DNA from: Dehalococcoidia bacterium
GTDB taxonomy: Bacteria > Chloroflexota > Dehalococcoidia > GIF9 > AB-539-J10
Assembly: GCA_034414555.1 (NCBI GenBank)
Contig: DAOUMA010000020.1
Location: forward strand, 43,771 to 107,770
Direction of reading: 5' to 3'
Length of the DNA: 64,000 bases
In this document: positions 1 through 7,792 of the stretch, piece by piece
How positions within the stretch are numbered: position 1 is the first letter of the stretch
Layout: every line of letters begins with the position of its first letter
Program-made: the position numbers and the translations under genes
Notes under the pieces: generated by a model
The model's input: the letters and a program-made list of their open reading frames with translations, nothing else
The model's database searches: none
What the model was told of the DNA's origin: nothing

Positions 1-97
1 TCAAAATTTGGAGAAGGGCGAAGGAGACCTCTTTCGAGTAGATTTCTGACTCCGTATTTTCAAAAATGCTATCCTCTTCAATCTGAACTTTTCTGTC

Positions 98-895
98 TCA
101 ATATTCCACTTTTTTCTTAGCAATTTGGAACTCTTTAATCTGTTCGCCAAACTTTCCTCTTCCAACGGAATTTTGCCTCTGGCAGTAAATTTCATTAAGC
201 CCTGTGATAGTTTCTTGCTTAACTTCATAAATGCCTCCTTCCCCTATAAGCCACGCATCTGTTGTCTCTCCGATACCACCTGCCGTTTCTGCTTTTTTCT
301 TTGCTTCAAATGCAATGTACAATGCTTCGGTTTCTGTTAAGAGTGGCGAGTAATCATACCACACGAAGGTAGATTCCGCCTGTTCCTGTCCCATCCCAGG
401 GCAGAGAAAGCCAATAGCATCAAAGCTAGCATATACTCCTGGATTGGTTATACGATATAAATGCGCTCTCTCATCTACTCCCCCCAGCAGAAGATATAAC
501 CCCAAGTCATATTGCTCTATCTTAGAATTGAGGTCTATAACCATGGAATCGTGTAGTATTTTCTGCTTGTCATAGTAGTCATTAAGAGATTCAAATCCCA
601 TTTGTCTTAAGACTTCGTCTTTTATCCTCTCAATCCTAATATCTTGATATTTCTTGCTAATCTTCTTCGCTATATCAACTATCCGAGGTTTGGATACATT
701 CTTAAGCTCCTTTTTGACTTCCTCCAGTAATTCAGGCTCATGAACTGTTCCGGCTGTGAGAGCCATGGCATTGTCTGATATTGGCTCTCCTTTAACTCCC
801 CGGTCAAATGCCAGTCCAGCTCTTTCCACCCTTCTATCTGCCAGGAATATTAACTTTCTTCCATTGTCGCACACTGCTCCTATTAATTGTGTCAT
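98..895 (-). CDS. Stand-alone proteasome beta-subunit-like Ntn hydrolase
   Basis: N-terminus M-TQLIGAV...LADRRV aligns with proteasome beta T1..(D/E)17-RRV. KGEPISDNAMALTAG matches the K33 strand, and PGMGQEQA matches the GSG loop with S->M. RBS GGAGGAGG upstream. Confidence 0.7.
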   Translation of the reverse strand: MTQLIGAVCDNGRKLIFLADRRVERAGLAFDRGVKGEPISDNAMALTAGTVHEPELLEEVKKELKNVSKPRIVDIAKKISKKYQDIRIERIKDEVLRQMGFESLNDYYDKQKILHDSMVIDLNSKIEQYDLGLYLLLGGVDERAHLYRITNPGVYASFDAIGFLCPGMGQEQAESTFVWYDYSPLLTETEALYIAFEAKKKAETAGGIGETTDAWLIGEGGIYEVKQETITGLNEIYCQRQNSVGRGKFGEQIKEFQIAKKKVEY

Positions 896-1008
896 GTTGC
901 CTCCTCCTTTTTCAGATTTAGAACGTCAAGTTTACACTGAATGTAGCATACCTTCTCTTTTAGTTCAATCTGCTTGTTAGATGGTTCTCCTCCAAGGTGG
1001 TTGACGTA

Positions 1009-1521
1009 CTATATTAAGGCATTTATAAAATAGCCTATGAGTCCAGCAACGATGAGACCAATTATCCACATAAGGATGCTTGTTAAAAATGGTCCTCTTG
1101 ATACAACCTCAATATCAGCCACCTTTACTGAGCATAATGTCCGTTTACTGTTTTCCATGTTTTGGAAATCCACATAGCATTCAATATTACAAGGTTGCCC
1201 AAAACTCGCTCCACCTTTCAGAAACAAAATGGTCGACCATCCTTGACTTACCTGTATTTTTTCGATCTCAAAAGCATAGTCCGATAGTGGAACTAACGGT
1301 CCATCTTCCCAGAAAGGCTCATCAGACATAATTGGCGGTTCTATCCGAAGGATGCCTTGTTGCCACCACTCTGCTTCAGTTTGTCTTTTCACAGAAAAGT
1401 AAAGAGGAATTTTATCCCCTGTTAAATATGGCAGTAGTGAAAATGGGAACATTCTGCGCCAGCCTACCGCCCGCGCCTTATAAGAAATTCCACACCTTCC
1501 GCCGGAATAGAATCTTGGCAT
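1009..1521 (-). CDS. Hypothetical protein with C-terminal transmembrane helix
   Basis: 170-aa ORF with AAGGAG RBS and a hydrophobic C-terminus (ILMWIIGLIVAGLIGYFINALI). No family recognised. Confidence 0.55.
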   Translation of the reverse strand: MPRFYSGGRCGISYKARAVGWRRMFPFSLLPYLTGDKIPLYFSVKRQTEAEWWQQGILRIEPPIMSDEPFWEDGPLVPLSDYAFEIEKIQVSQGWSTILFLKGGASFGQPCNIECYVDFQNMENSKRTLCSVKVADIEVVSRGPFLTSILMWIIGLIVAGLIGYFINALI

Positions 1522-1839
1522 TGCTCTCCTTATCCTACTCTAGTTCACCTGCCACTTTTGCTCCTTTTCAACTTTTCATTAAAGTTCATAATTTATAATG
1601 TAGTTTTGGAATAAGCCACATATCTTTTTCAGTTATAACTCTAATTCCGTTTCTTTTCAATAAGGCGGCGGTAACACCATCCCCGTCAATCAATTTTTTT
1701 TGGGAACGTGCCATCGTATATTTGCCCACAACCACATGAAGGGCTTATGGATTTTTCCATGGTTTTTACTACCGTTCCGCCATCCCAACCTGACGTTGGC
1801 TAAGCACTTGGCGAGAGGTTTTGATATCATAGCTTATAT

Positions 1840-2493
1840 ATGCCTGTTGAAAAAATTATCAAGCTGCTGGAGAGGGAATATGGCAAGCGAGGATGGCAGC
1901 CTGATGGGAAGCCGCTTGCTGGCTTGGTGCGCACCATACTTTCCCAGAATACCTCGGATACAAATTCAAGGCGTGCCTTCGATACGTTGATGTTTACCTT
2001 TGGTAGCTGGGAGGCTATCGCCTCTGCTCCTGTGGAACATATCGCTTATGCTATCAGGGTAGGAGGCTTATCTAAAATCAAGGCGATGAGGATAAAGGAA
2101 ATACTTAATCAAATTAAGAGGGAGCAAGATTGCATCAGCCTTGATTTCCTTAATTCAATGAATGCATCTGAAGCCAAGGATTATTTGATGAGGTTACCCG
2201 GGGTGGGTGAAAAGACCGCCAATTGTGTATTGCTTTTCTCGCTGGGCAAACCCTGTCTGCCGGTGGACACGCATGTTTTCCGGGTAGCCAAACGCTTGGG
2301 GTTGATTGACGCTAGAACATCTATAAAAGAGGCACCTCGCTTGTTACAACAGCAGGTCACGCCATCGGGGGTTTATCAGTTTCATATTCACATGATAGAG
2401 CATGGCAGGAAGATATGCCATGCTAGAAATCCCGAATGTGGTAGGTGTATATTGAGGAATGATTGCCCCAGTTCGTCCGCCCATCAAAGGTAA
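1840..2493 (+). CDS. nth: Endonuclease III (HhH-GPD, 4Fe-4S)
   Basis: LSQNTSD, HhH motif LPGVGEKTANCVL, VDTHV, C-terminal CHARNPECGRCILRNDC cluster motif. Confidence 0.95.
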   Translation: MPVEKIIKLLEREYGKRGWQPDGKPLAGLVRTILSQNTSDTNSRRAFDTLMFTFGSWEAIASAPVEHIAYAIRVGGLSKIKAMRIKEILNQIKREQDCISLDFLNSMNASEAKDYLMRLPGVGEKTANCVLLFSLGKPCLPVDTHVFRVAKRLGLIDARTSIKEAPRLLQQQVTPSGVYQFHIHMIEHGRKICHARNPECGRCILRNDCPSSSAHQR

Positions 2494-2510
2494 GTGGTAT
2501 AATTTTTACC

Positions 2511-3317
2511 ATGGCACAGATATTGCAGAGCAAGAATCTAGCTACCAAGTTCCAGATACTGCTGGAAATAGCGGCAAGTCAGCCGAATATACAGCAGAAG
2601 AACATTGCCGGAAAGTTGAATATCACTCCTCAAGCAGTCTCTGAGTATGTTAAGGATTTGATAAGCGATGGCTGGCTTGTCTCTCAAGGTCGCTCTAGAT
2701 ATCAGGTAACCAAAGAGGGTGTGGACTGGATTTTGAAAATGGCGCGGCAGTTGCAAAGCTACTGCTCATTTGTGAATAAAGTGGTGAGCGATATATCGGT
2801 TTCCACAGCAATAGCTGCTGATAATTTATCCAGTGGTCAATCAGTTTCACTATATATGAAGGGCGGCTTGTTATTTGCCTCGAACAAGTTAGCCCGGCGA
2901 GCAGCGAAGGGAATAGTGGTATTTGAGGCTAAGAAGGGTGAGGATGTTGGTGTCTCGCAGATAGAAGGGGTAATAGAGCTGAAGATGGGCGAGGTAATTA
3001 TTTGCAAGGTACCAAATGTGCGGGAGGGAGGGTCACGGAATGTTAACTTGGCTCGACTAAAGGAGGAGCTGGATAAAGGCAGGTTAGTTGGGGCGATTGG
3101 CAATGAGGCTCTGATTACCCTAAAAAGTATAGGTGTAAAGCCAGATTATCGCTATGGAGTCAAGGAGGCGATGGTGGAAGCAGCGTCCTGTGGGCAATCA
3201 TTCCTGGTAGTTTGTGCTGAAGATGTAGCTTCAGAAGCAGTTCGAGGACTGGAAGAGGAAAATCTGGAATATAAAATTGTTGATTTAATACGCAATAAGC
3301 AGTCTATGGAGACCTGA
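2511..3317 (+). CDS. Winged-helix transcriptional regulator (COG1497-like, MarR-type N-terminal HTH)
   Basis: N-terminal wHTH (QKNIAGKLNITPQAVSEYVKDL...GRSRYQVTKEG) plus a C-terminal domain. ATG 2511 lies 7 nt after TATAAT (2498-2503). Confidence 0.8.
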   Translation: MAQILQSKNLATKFQILLEIAASQPNIQQKNIAGKLNITPQAVSEYVKDLISDGWLVSQGRSRYQVTKEGVDWILKMARQLQSYCSFVNKVVSDISVSTAIAADNLSSGQSVSLYMKGGLLFASNKLARRAAKGIVVFEAKKGEDVGVSQIEGVIELKMGEVIICKVPNVREGGSRNVNLARLKEELDKGRLVGAIGNEALITLKSIGVKPDYRYGVKEAMVEAASCGQSFLVVCAEDVASEAVRGLEEENLEYKIVDLIRNKQSMET

Positions 3318-3363
3318 GCCATTCCACTTTAAGTTTGGGGCAATCCTTGGGCAAGACAATTAG

Positions 3364-3395
3364 GTTGCTTCGTTGCTGATGCTCCTCGCGATGAC
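3364..3395. repeat. REP-like palindromic unit (GTCATTGCGAG...GCAATC family)
   Basis: GTTGCTTCGTTGCTGATGCTCCTCGCGATGAC; related units at 6118-6140, 9209-9288, 10831-10920 and 51809-51828. Confidence 0.65.
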
Positions 3396-3407
3396 AAAAA
3401 GGGGGTA

Positions 3408-3469
3408 TTGACAGTTCATTAAAGGATTTTTATACTACAATCAAGTATGCTTGTCTATAATAAAGCAAG
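3408..3469 (+). promoter_or_regulatory. Sigma70 promoter plus palindromic operator (copy 1)
   Basis: TTGACA 3408-3413, 17-nt spacer, TATACT 3431-3436, then CAAG-TATG-CTTG 3442-3453 followed by TCTATAATAAAG; near-identical to the site at 6178. Confidence 0.85.
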
Positions 3470-3499
3470 CTTGTTTACGAAGTGAAAGGAGGGCTCGAA

Positions 3500-5464
3500 A
3501 TGGCTGATATCAAAAAGAGGATTGGTGCTTTTCTTGGTAGTTTATTGTTGATTCTTGCGTTTATGTTAACTATTTTGCCTATAACCATAGTTGCCTATTC
3601 TAATTACCCTTTATCATCCAGTGATACTGAAATAGCCAGTGCTTTAGATTACTTGCGTAACAACCAGACAATTCAAGGTGATATCGGGGGTTTTGCTACT
3701 TCAGCATGGGTGACTATGGCAATAGCTACTGCTGGGGAAGACCCGCATGATTGGAAGGCGGGAAACAATTCCTCCATCGTTGATTATCTCGCTACTAGTG
3801 CTGGGAACGCCACTTCAGTTACCGATTATGCCAGGATGACTCTAGCGATAGTTGCTGCCGATGAAGCCCCAACGAGCTTTGGGGGCAGAGATTTTGTAAA
3901 TCTGTTGAAGGGGCAATACAACAGCGGTCAGATTGGTGACACGTCCTTGCTCAACGATGATTTTTGGGGAGTGATGGCTCTTATTTCCGCTGGTGAAAGC
4001 TCAAGCTCAGAGATTGTTGCTAACTCAGTGGCTTTTATTAAGGATAATCAGAACGGTGATGGTGGCTGGAGTTGGGGAGTGGGGCAGGGTAGCGATGTCG
4101 ATGACACTGCCTGTGCTGTAATGGCTTTGATTGCTGCCGGGGAAAGTTCAAGCTCAAATGCTATCGCAAATGGCCTAATTTATATTAAATCCCAGCAGGC
4201 GGATAATGGTGGCTTCCTATCTTGGGGAACAACTAACCCGTCCACCAATTCTTGGGCAATTGACGCCATTGTAGCTGCGGGACAGAACCCGACGAGCAGT
4301 TACTGGACAAAGAATAATAATACCCCTATCGATGACTTACTTGGCTTTCAGGATACCACTAACGGCTCCTTCCCTGATTGGCAAGGCAACCCTTCTTCAT
4401 GGACTACTGCTTATGCCATACCAGCTCTTCTGGGCGAGCCGTATCCAGTCAAAATTCTGGAACCTGAAAAAAGGGTGCAGGTCTATGTAAGGATTGAAGG
4501 GCAATCCAGCACTATCTGGAGTGGGAATGTAACTGTTACCGAGTCTAATATTACGGCTGATAACAGCGGCAAAACTTATCATCTATCAGACCCAACTGCT
4601 CTGGGAGCTCTGGATGAGGCCTCCAACCATGAGGAGAGATTCTCGTATTATGTGACCGATAAATACGGAGGATTATATGTAAGTTCCATTGCTGGCGAAG
4701 AGCCGAGTGGAGCAAATGGCTGGATGTATCGGGTAGATTACTATAGCCCTAGCGTTGGCGCTGACCAATTTATACTTGGTGAGACAACGCCTCCGGCTCC
4801 TCCACATAGGGAAGTGCTTTTCTATTATGGAGCCTGGACTGCCTTTCCCTTGAAGATATCTGTAGATAAAACTGCAGTGGCTAAGGGTGAGGAATTCAGT
4901 GTCACCGTGAGCGTATATAATGATACTGCTCACGATTGGTCAGTTTGCGAAAATGCTACTGTCTATGCTGACCATGCTTACACAACTGGCAGTGATGGCG
5001 AGGTAAACATCACTATAGATAGGGATGGTGCCTTTAATGTCTTTGCTGAAAAGAGTGGCTGCATCCGAAGTGACAAGGTTTCAGTCACAGTAGGAACAGG
5101 GGTAGAAAGCTCTCACGGACAAGTCAACTTATCGGCCACAATTGCCCCGGCAATCTCTATTGAGGTAACTCCGGATAGTATCGATTTTGGCAATCTGGCA
5201 CTAGGATATACTGGCGATGCCCATACTATAACTATCGAGAATAAAGGTGGCCTGCCAGTTACAGTTACGGCTGAGGTAACTGACCAGGCGCAAGGCTTGT
5301 TTAGCAACGGGTTAAGACTGGATAATAACTCGTGGCATTCATTCAATGAGACAATAAATGTTAATGACAATTTGGAAACTCAAGCTAAACTGGCTGTTCC
5401 CCTAGATTACGCTGGCGTTGGCCCAAAGACCGGTACCTTAACTTTCTGGGCAGAGGGGGCTTGA
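3500..5464 (+). CDS. Secreted prenyltransferase/squalene-oxidase-repeat (alpha-barrel) + DUF4430 + Ig-like protein; candidate transcobalamin-like corrinoid-binding surface protein
   Basis: Signal peptide; repeats QNGDGGWSW/QQADNGGF/QDTTNGSF; DUF4430-like segment TALGALDEA...LYVSSIAG...GWMYRV...VGADQF; two beta-rich C-terminal domains; RBS AAGGAGGG. Confidence 0.8.
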   Translation: MADIKKRIGAFLGSLLLILAFMLTILPITIVAYSNYPLSSSDTEIASALDYLRNNQTIQGDIGGFATSAWVTMAIATAGEDPHDWKAGNNSSIVDYLATSAGNATSVTDYARMTLAIVAADEAPTSFGGRDFVNLLKGQYNSGQIGDTSLLNDDFWGVMALISAGESSSSEIVANSVAFIKDNQNGDGGWSWGVGQGSDVDDTACAVMALIAAGESSSSNAIANGLIYIKSQQADNGGFLSWGTTNPSTNSWAIDAIVAAGQNPTSSYWTKNNNTPIDDLLGFQDTTNGSFPDWQGNPSSWTTAYAIPALLGEPYPVKILEPEKRVQVYVRIEGQSSTIWSGNVTVTESNITADNSGKTYHLSDPTALGALDEASNHEERFSYYVTDKYGGLYVSSIAGEEPSGANGWMYRVDYYSPSVGADQFILGETTPPAPPHREVLFYYGAWTAFPLKISVDKTAVAKGEEFSVTVSVYNDTAHDWSVCENATVYADHAYTTGSDGEVNITIDRDGAFNVFAEKSGCIRSDKVSVTVGTGVESSHGQVNLSATIAPAISIEVTPDSIDFGNLALGYTGDAHTITIENKGGLPVTVTAEVTDQAQGLFSNGLRLDNNSWHSFNETINVNDNLETQAKLAVPLDYAGVGPKTGTLTFWAEGA

Positions 5465-5613
5465 ATCTCTGTCAGGAGTTTCTATTGGGGGTAGTCCTTA
5501 GCAAATTAGCCTTGGATCTTTGATGCTAGAAGTATATGGGAACCCAACTATGTAGGCCGGGAAGTAGCCTCTATAGCTACCCCTAAATTGGCATTCTATT
5601 AGTAGGTGAAATA

Positions 5614-6111
5614 TTGGCTAGAGCAGGTAAGCTTTTAATAGTTTCTTTGCTAGTGATTGTATTATCTTCTCTGTTTTCCCTTTCTTCAACGATGGCCGTA
5701 GGTGTGGGTGTTGCTCCTAAGGAGTTGGATTTCAATGTTTGTCCTGGAATGTCGGTTACCAAGGTATTATATGTGGTCAACACCGGAGACAACGAGACTA
5801 GTTATAAAGTGTATGTAGATGGGGAAAACCACAATCTGTTTGATATCTCTCCTGCAGGATTTTCTTTAGCTCCGCAAGCTAATAAGGCGGTGCAGATAAC
5901 TGTCTCTCCTCCCTTGCTTTCGGTTGGCGACCATGCTGCTTACATCTATGTAGCTGCCACAAATCCATCTGCACAGCTTGAGATGGGAGCGGGGATCAAG
6001 GTGACCGTTCACCTTCATATCGCTAGCTGGCCGTTGTATGTGGCGATTGGCATAATTGTTTTGCTTATAGCTCTAGCAGCATTTTTAGCCTGGAGAAGGA
6101 GAAGATATTGA
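5614..6111 (+). CDS. Exported Ig-like/PapD-like domain protein with C-terminal membrane anchor
   Basis: N-terminal signal sequence, beta domain (VGVGVAPKELDF...VVNTGD), C-terminal TM helix followed by WRRRRY; TTG start uncertain. Confidence 0.7.
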   Translation: MARAGKLLIVSLLVIVLSSLFSLSSTMAVGVGVAPKELDFNVCPGMSVTKVLYVVNTGDNETSYKVYVDGENHNLFDISPAGFSLAPQANKAVQITVSPPLLSVGDHAAYIYVAATNPSAQLEMGAGIKVTVHLHIASWPLYVAIGIIVLLIALAAFLAWRRRRY

Positions 6112-6177
6112 GACTGTGTCACTACGAGCAAGGCAATCTCGTAAATCCCAAATCCGAAATACTAAACAATGTCGGTA

Positions 6178-6240
6178 TTGACATTTCATTCTAGGTTATT
6201 TATACTAGCGTAGTCAAGCTTACTTGCTTATAGTAAAGTA
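6178..6240 (+). promoter_or_regulatory. Sigma70 promoter plus palindromic operator (copy 2)
   Basis: TTGACA 6178-6183, 17-nt spacer, TATACT 6201-6206, CAAG-CTTA-CTTG 6215-6226 followed by CTTATAGTAAAG. Confidence 0.85.
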
Positions 6241-6256
6241 GAATTGTTGTTATAAA

Positions 6257-6688
6257 ATGAAAAGGATTTGGCTCATACTGATAGTGCTACTTGCCGGGGT
6301 CGGAATAGTGGTAGGAGGAATAGGGCTTGCTAAAATTAATGAGTTAAATAATCGCCTTAATACCTTCGAAGAGGCATATGTTACTGAAAATGTAACCCTG
6401 TCTATAGATTATGGTGCTTTAAAGCCAACAGAATCACACGAGCTCTCACTACCAGGTAGTGCTACTGCCTGGGATGCGTTAAACAGAGTTGCTGAAGTTA
6501 ATGCAACCTGGTATGAAGAATATGGCTCTCACTTCATAAATGGTATTAATGGGGTGGGTACTGAGGAAACACTTCCGAGCCACTGGTGGCAGTATTATAT
6601 AAATGGAGAGATTGCGTCTGTGGGCGTTGATAAGCTCACCTTAGAAAATGGGGACCATATTGATTTCAAATATGAAGTTCCGTTATGA
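6257..6688 (+). CDS. Membrane-anchored DUF4430 (transcobalamin C-terminal-like) domain protein
   Basis: N-terminal TM helix; TAWDAL...FINGINGV...WWQYYINGEIASVGVDKLTLENGDHIDFKY is the DUF4430 pattern. Confidence 0.85.
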   Translation: MKRIWLILIVLLAGVGIVVGGIGLAKINELNNRLNTFEEAYVTENVTLSIDYGALKPTESHELSLPGSATAWDALNRVAEVNATWYEEYGSHFINGINGVGTEETLPSHWWQYYINGEIASVGVDKLTLENGDHIDFKYEVPL

Positions 6689-6706
6689 TATAAGGGAGGT
6701 GAGTAG

Positions 6707-7321
6707 ATGAAGATTTTGTCGGTATTTAAAAAAGAACTCAAAACGAAGAGGCCTCTTTTTGCGCTCATTCTACTAGGGATTGGGGGTCTGGGGCGACTCC
6801 TCCTGGCTGATGTGCCAAATATAGAAACCGTCCTCGTCGTCAGCATGCTTGCTGGGTGCATGCTCGGCGGTCTCTACACGCTCTTTATCCCTATTACAGT
6901 TATGGCGATTACTGATTTTCAGATATCAGGCAGTTTCCATCCCATTTTCTTAGCCACATGGTCAGGCTTTATTTTCCTTGGCTTCATTGGGTATTTACTA
7001 AGAAACAGGCGTCAAGCCTCCTTGGGATTCATTGGCATTCTCTTAGGCGCTGGTTTAGCTGGAACGGTTCTTTTTGATTTCTGGACTGATATTTGGTGGT
7101 GGTATTTGATGTATCCCGGGCATACGTTGAATAACTTCATCCAGGTGTTAATGCTTCAGATACCATTTACGCTGAGGCATCTCCTCTCTACGGCTATATT
7201 TGTGCCATTAGTCTCTGTTCCATTGCTCTATCTCTATGAGCATGGCTGGCAAGCAGCTTATAGCTTGATTAAAGGCATGCTTCGCCGGCCATCTGATGCT
7301 CGGTACGCTGCTTTTCGCTGA
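6707..7321 (+). CDS. ECF-type S-component (CbrT/DUF6580-like), candidate cobalamin uptake
   Basis: About 200 aa with about 6 TM helices, RLLLADVPNIETV motif resembling the CbrT PN-x-(Q/E) motif, co-transcribed with the DUF4430 gene. Confidence 0.7.
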   Translation: MKILSVFKKELKTKRPLFALILLGIGGLGRLLLADVPNIETVLVVSMLAGCMLGGLYTLFIPITVMAITDFQISGSFHPIFLATWSGFIFLGFIGYLLRNRRQASLGFIGILLGAGLAGTVLFDFWTDIWWWYLMYPGHTLNNFIQVLMLQIPFTLRHLLSTAIFVPLVSVPLLYLYEHGWQAAYSLIKGMLRRPSDARYAAFR

Positions 7322-7353
7322 ACTTGGCACCAAGACCATAGCCGTAATCCATA

Positions 7354-7535
7354 ATGGAAAGATATAAGAGGCGATTCACCTGGACCTATCAGGCTGAATA
7401 ATCCTCATCGGCATCGGAATTTTAATCCCGTTAAGTAGAAAATGGTTGGCAGGCTTTGGCGTTATCTCCGCCTTTATCTTCGGGCTTATACTGAATGTCT
7501 ATTTCTGGCGATACCTTGCCTGTGCTCGTAATTAG
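7354..7535 (+). pseudogene. Possible frameshifted small membrane protein remnant
   Basis: MERYKRRFTWTYQA (7354) joins IILIGIGILIPLSRKWLAGFGVISAFIFGLILNVYFWRYL if one base is restored near 7396. Confidence 0.25.
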
Positions 7536-7792
7536 CACCTTGCTCTTCGCTGAGCTTAACAGTTTCTGTTTCGGTGCTTCCTTGTTGGAATAATAGTATA
7601 TATAATAGTAAAATAGGGCTGAAGTGAAGATAATAAAATGGCTGGTAGCCAGAGTTTCGTGCCTTCAGCCAGGCAGAGAACTAAAATGTCAGTGGAGAAA
7701 CTATGTTTGGTTTACCGGGACGTTCTTACTACAGTTAGCGGAAGCAGTCCCGGAAGAGAATTGAGGGTTGTTACCGCTATGAAGGTACTAGC

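Noticed and set aside
1-228. 75-aa minus-strand ORF at the window edge
   Set aside because: It overlaps the proteasome-like gene by 131 nt in another frame, has no recognisable motif, and is probably a shadow ORF.
5465-5613. Possible cobalamin riboswitch (GGGAA motifs, GGGGTAG/CTACCCC inverted repeat)
   Set aside because: The B12 box and the conserved core (CCGGTG..AATCCGG, GCCACTG) are absent. It looks like a decayed GTAG-type repeat or terminator region.
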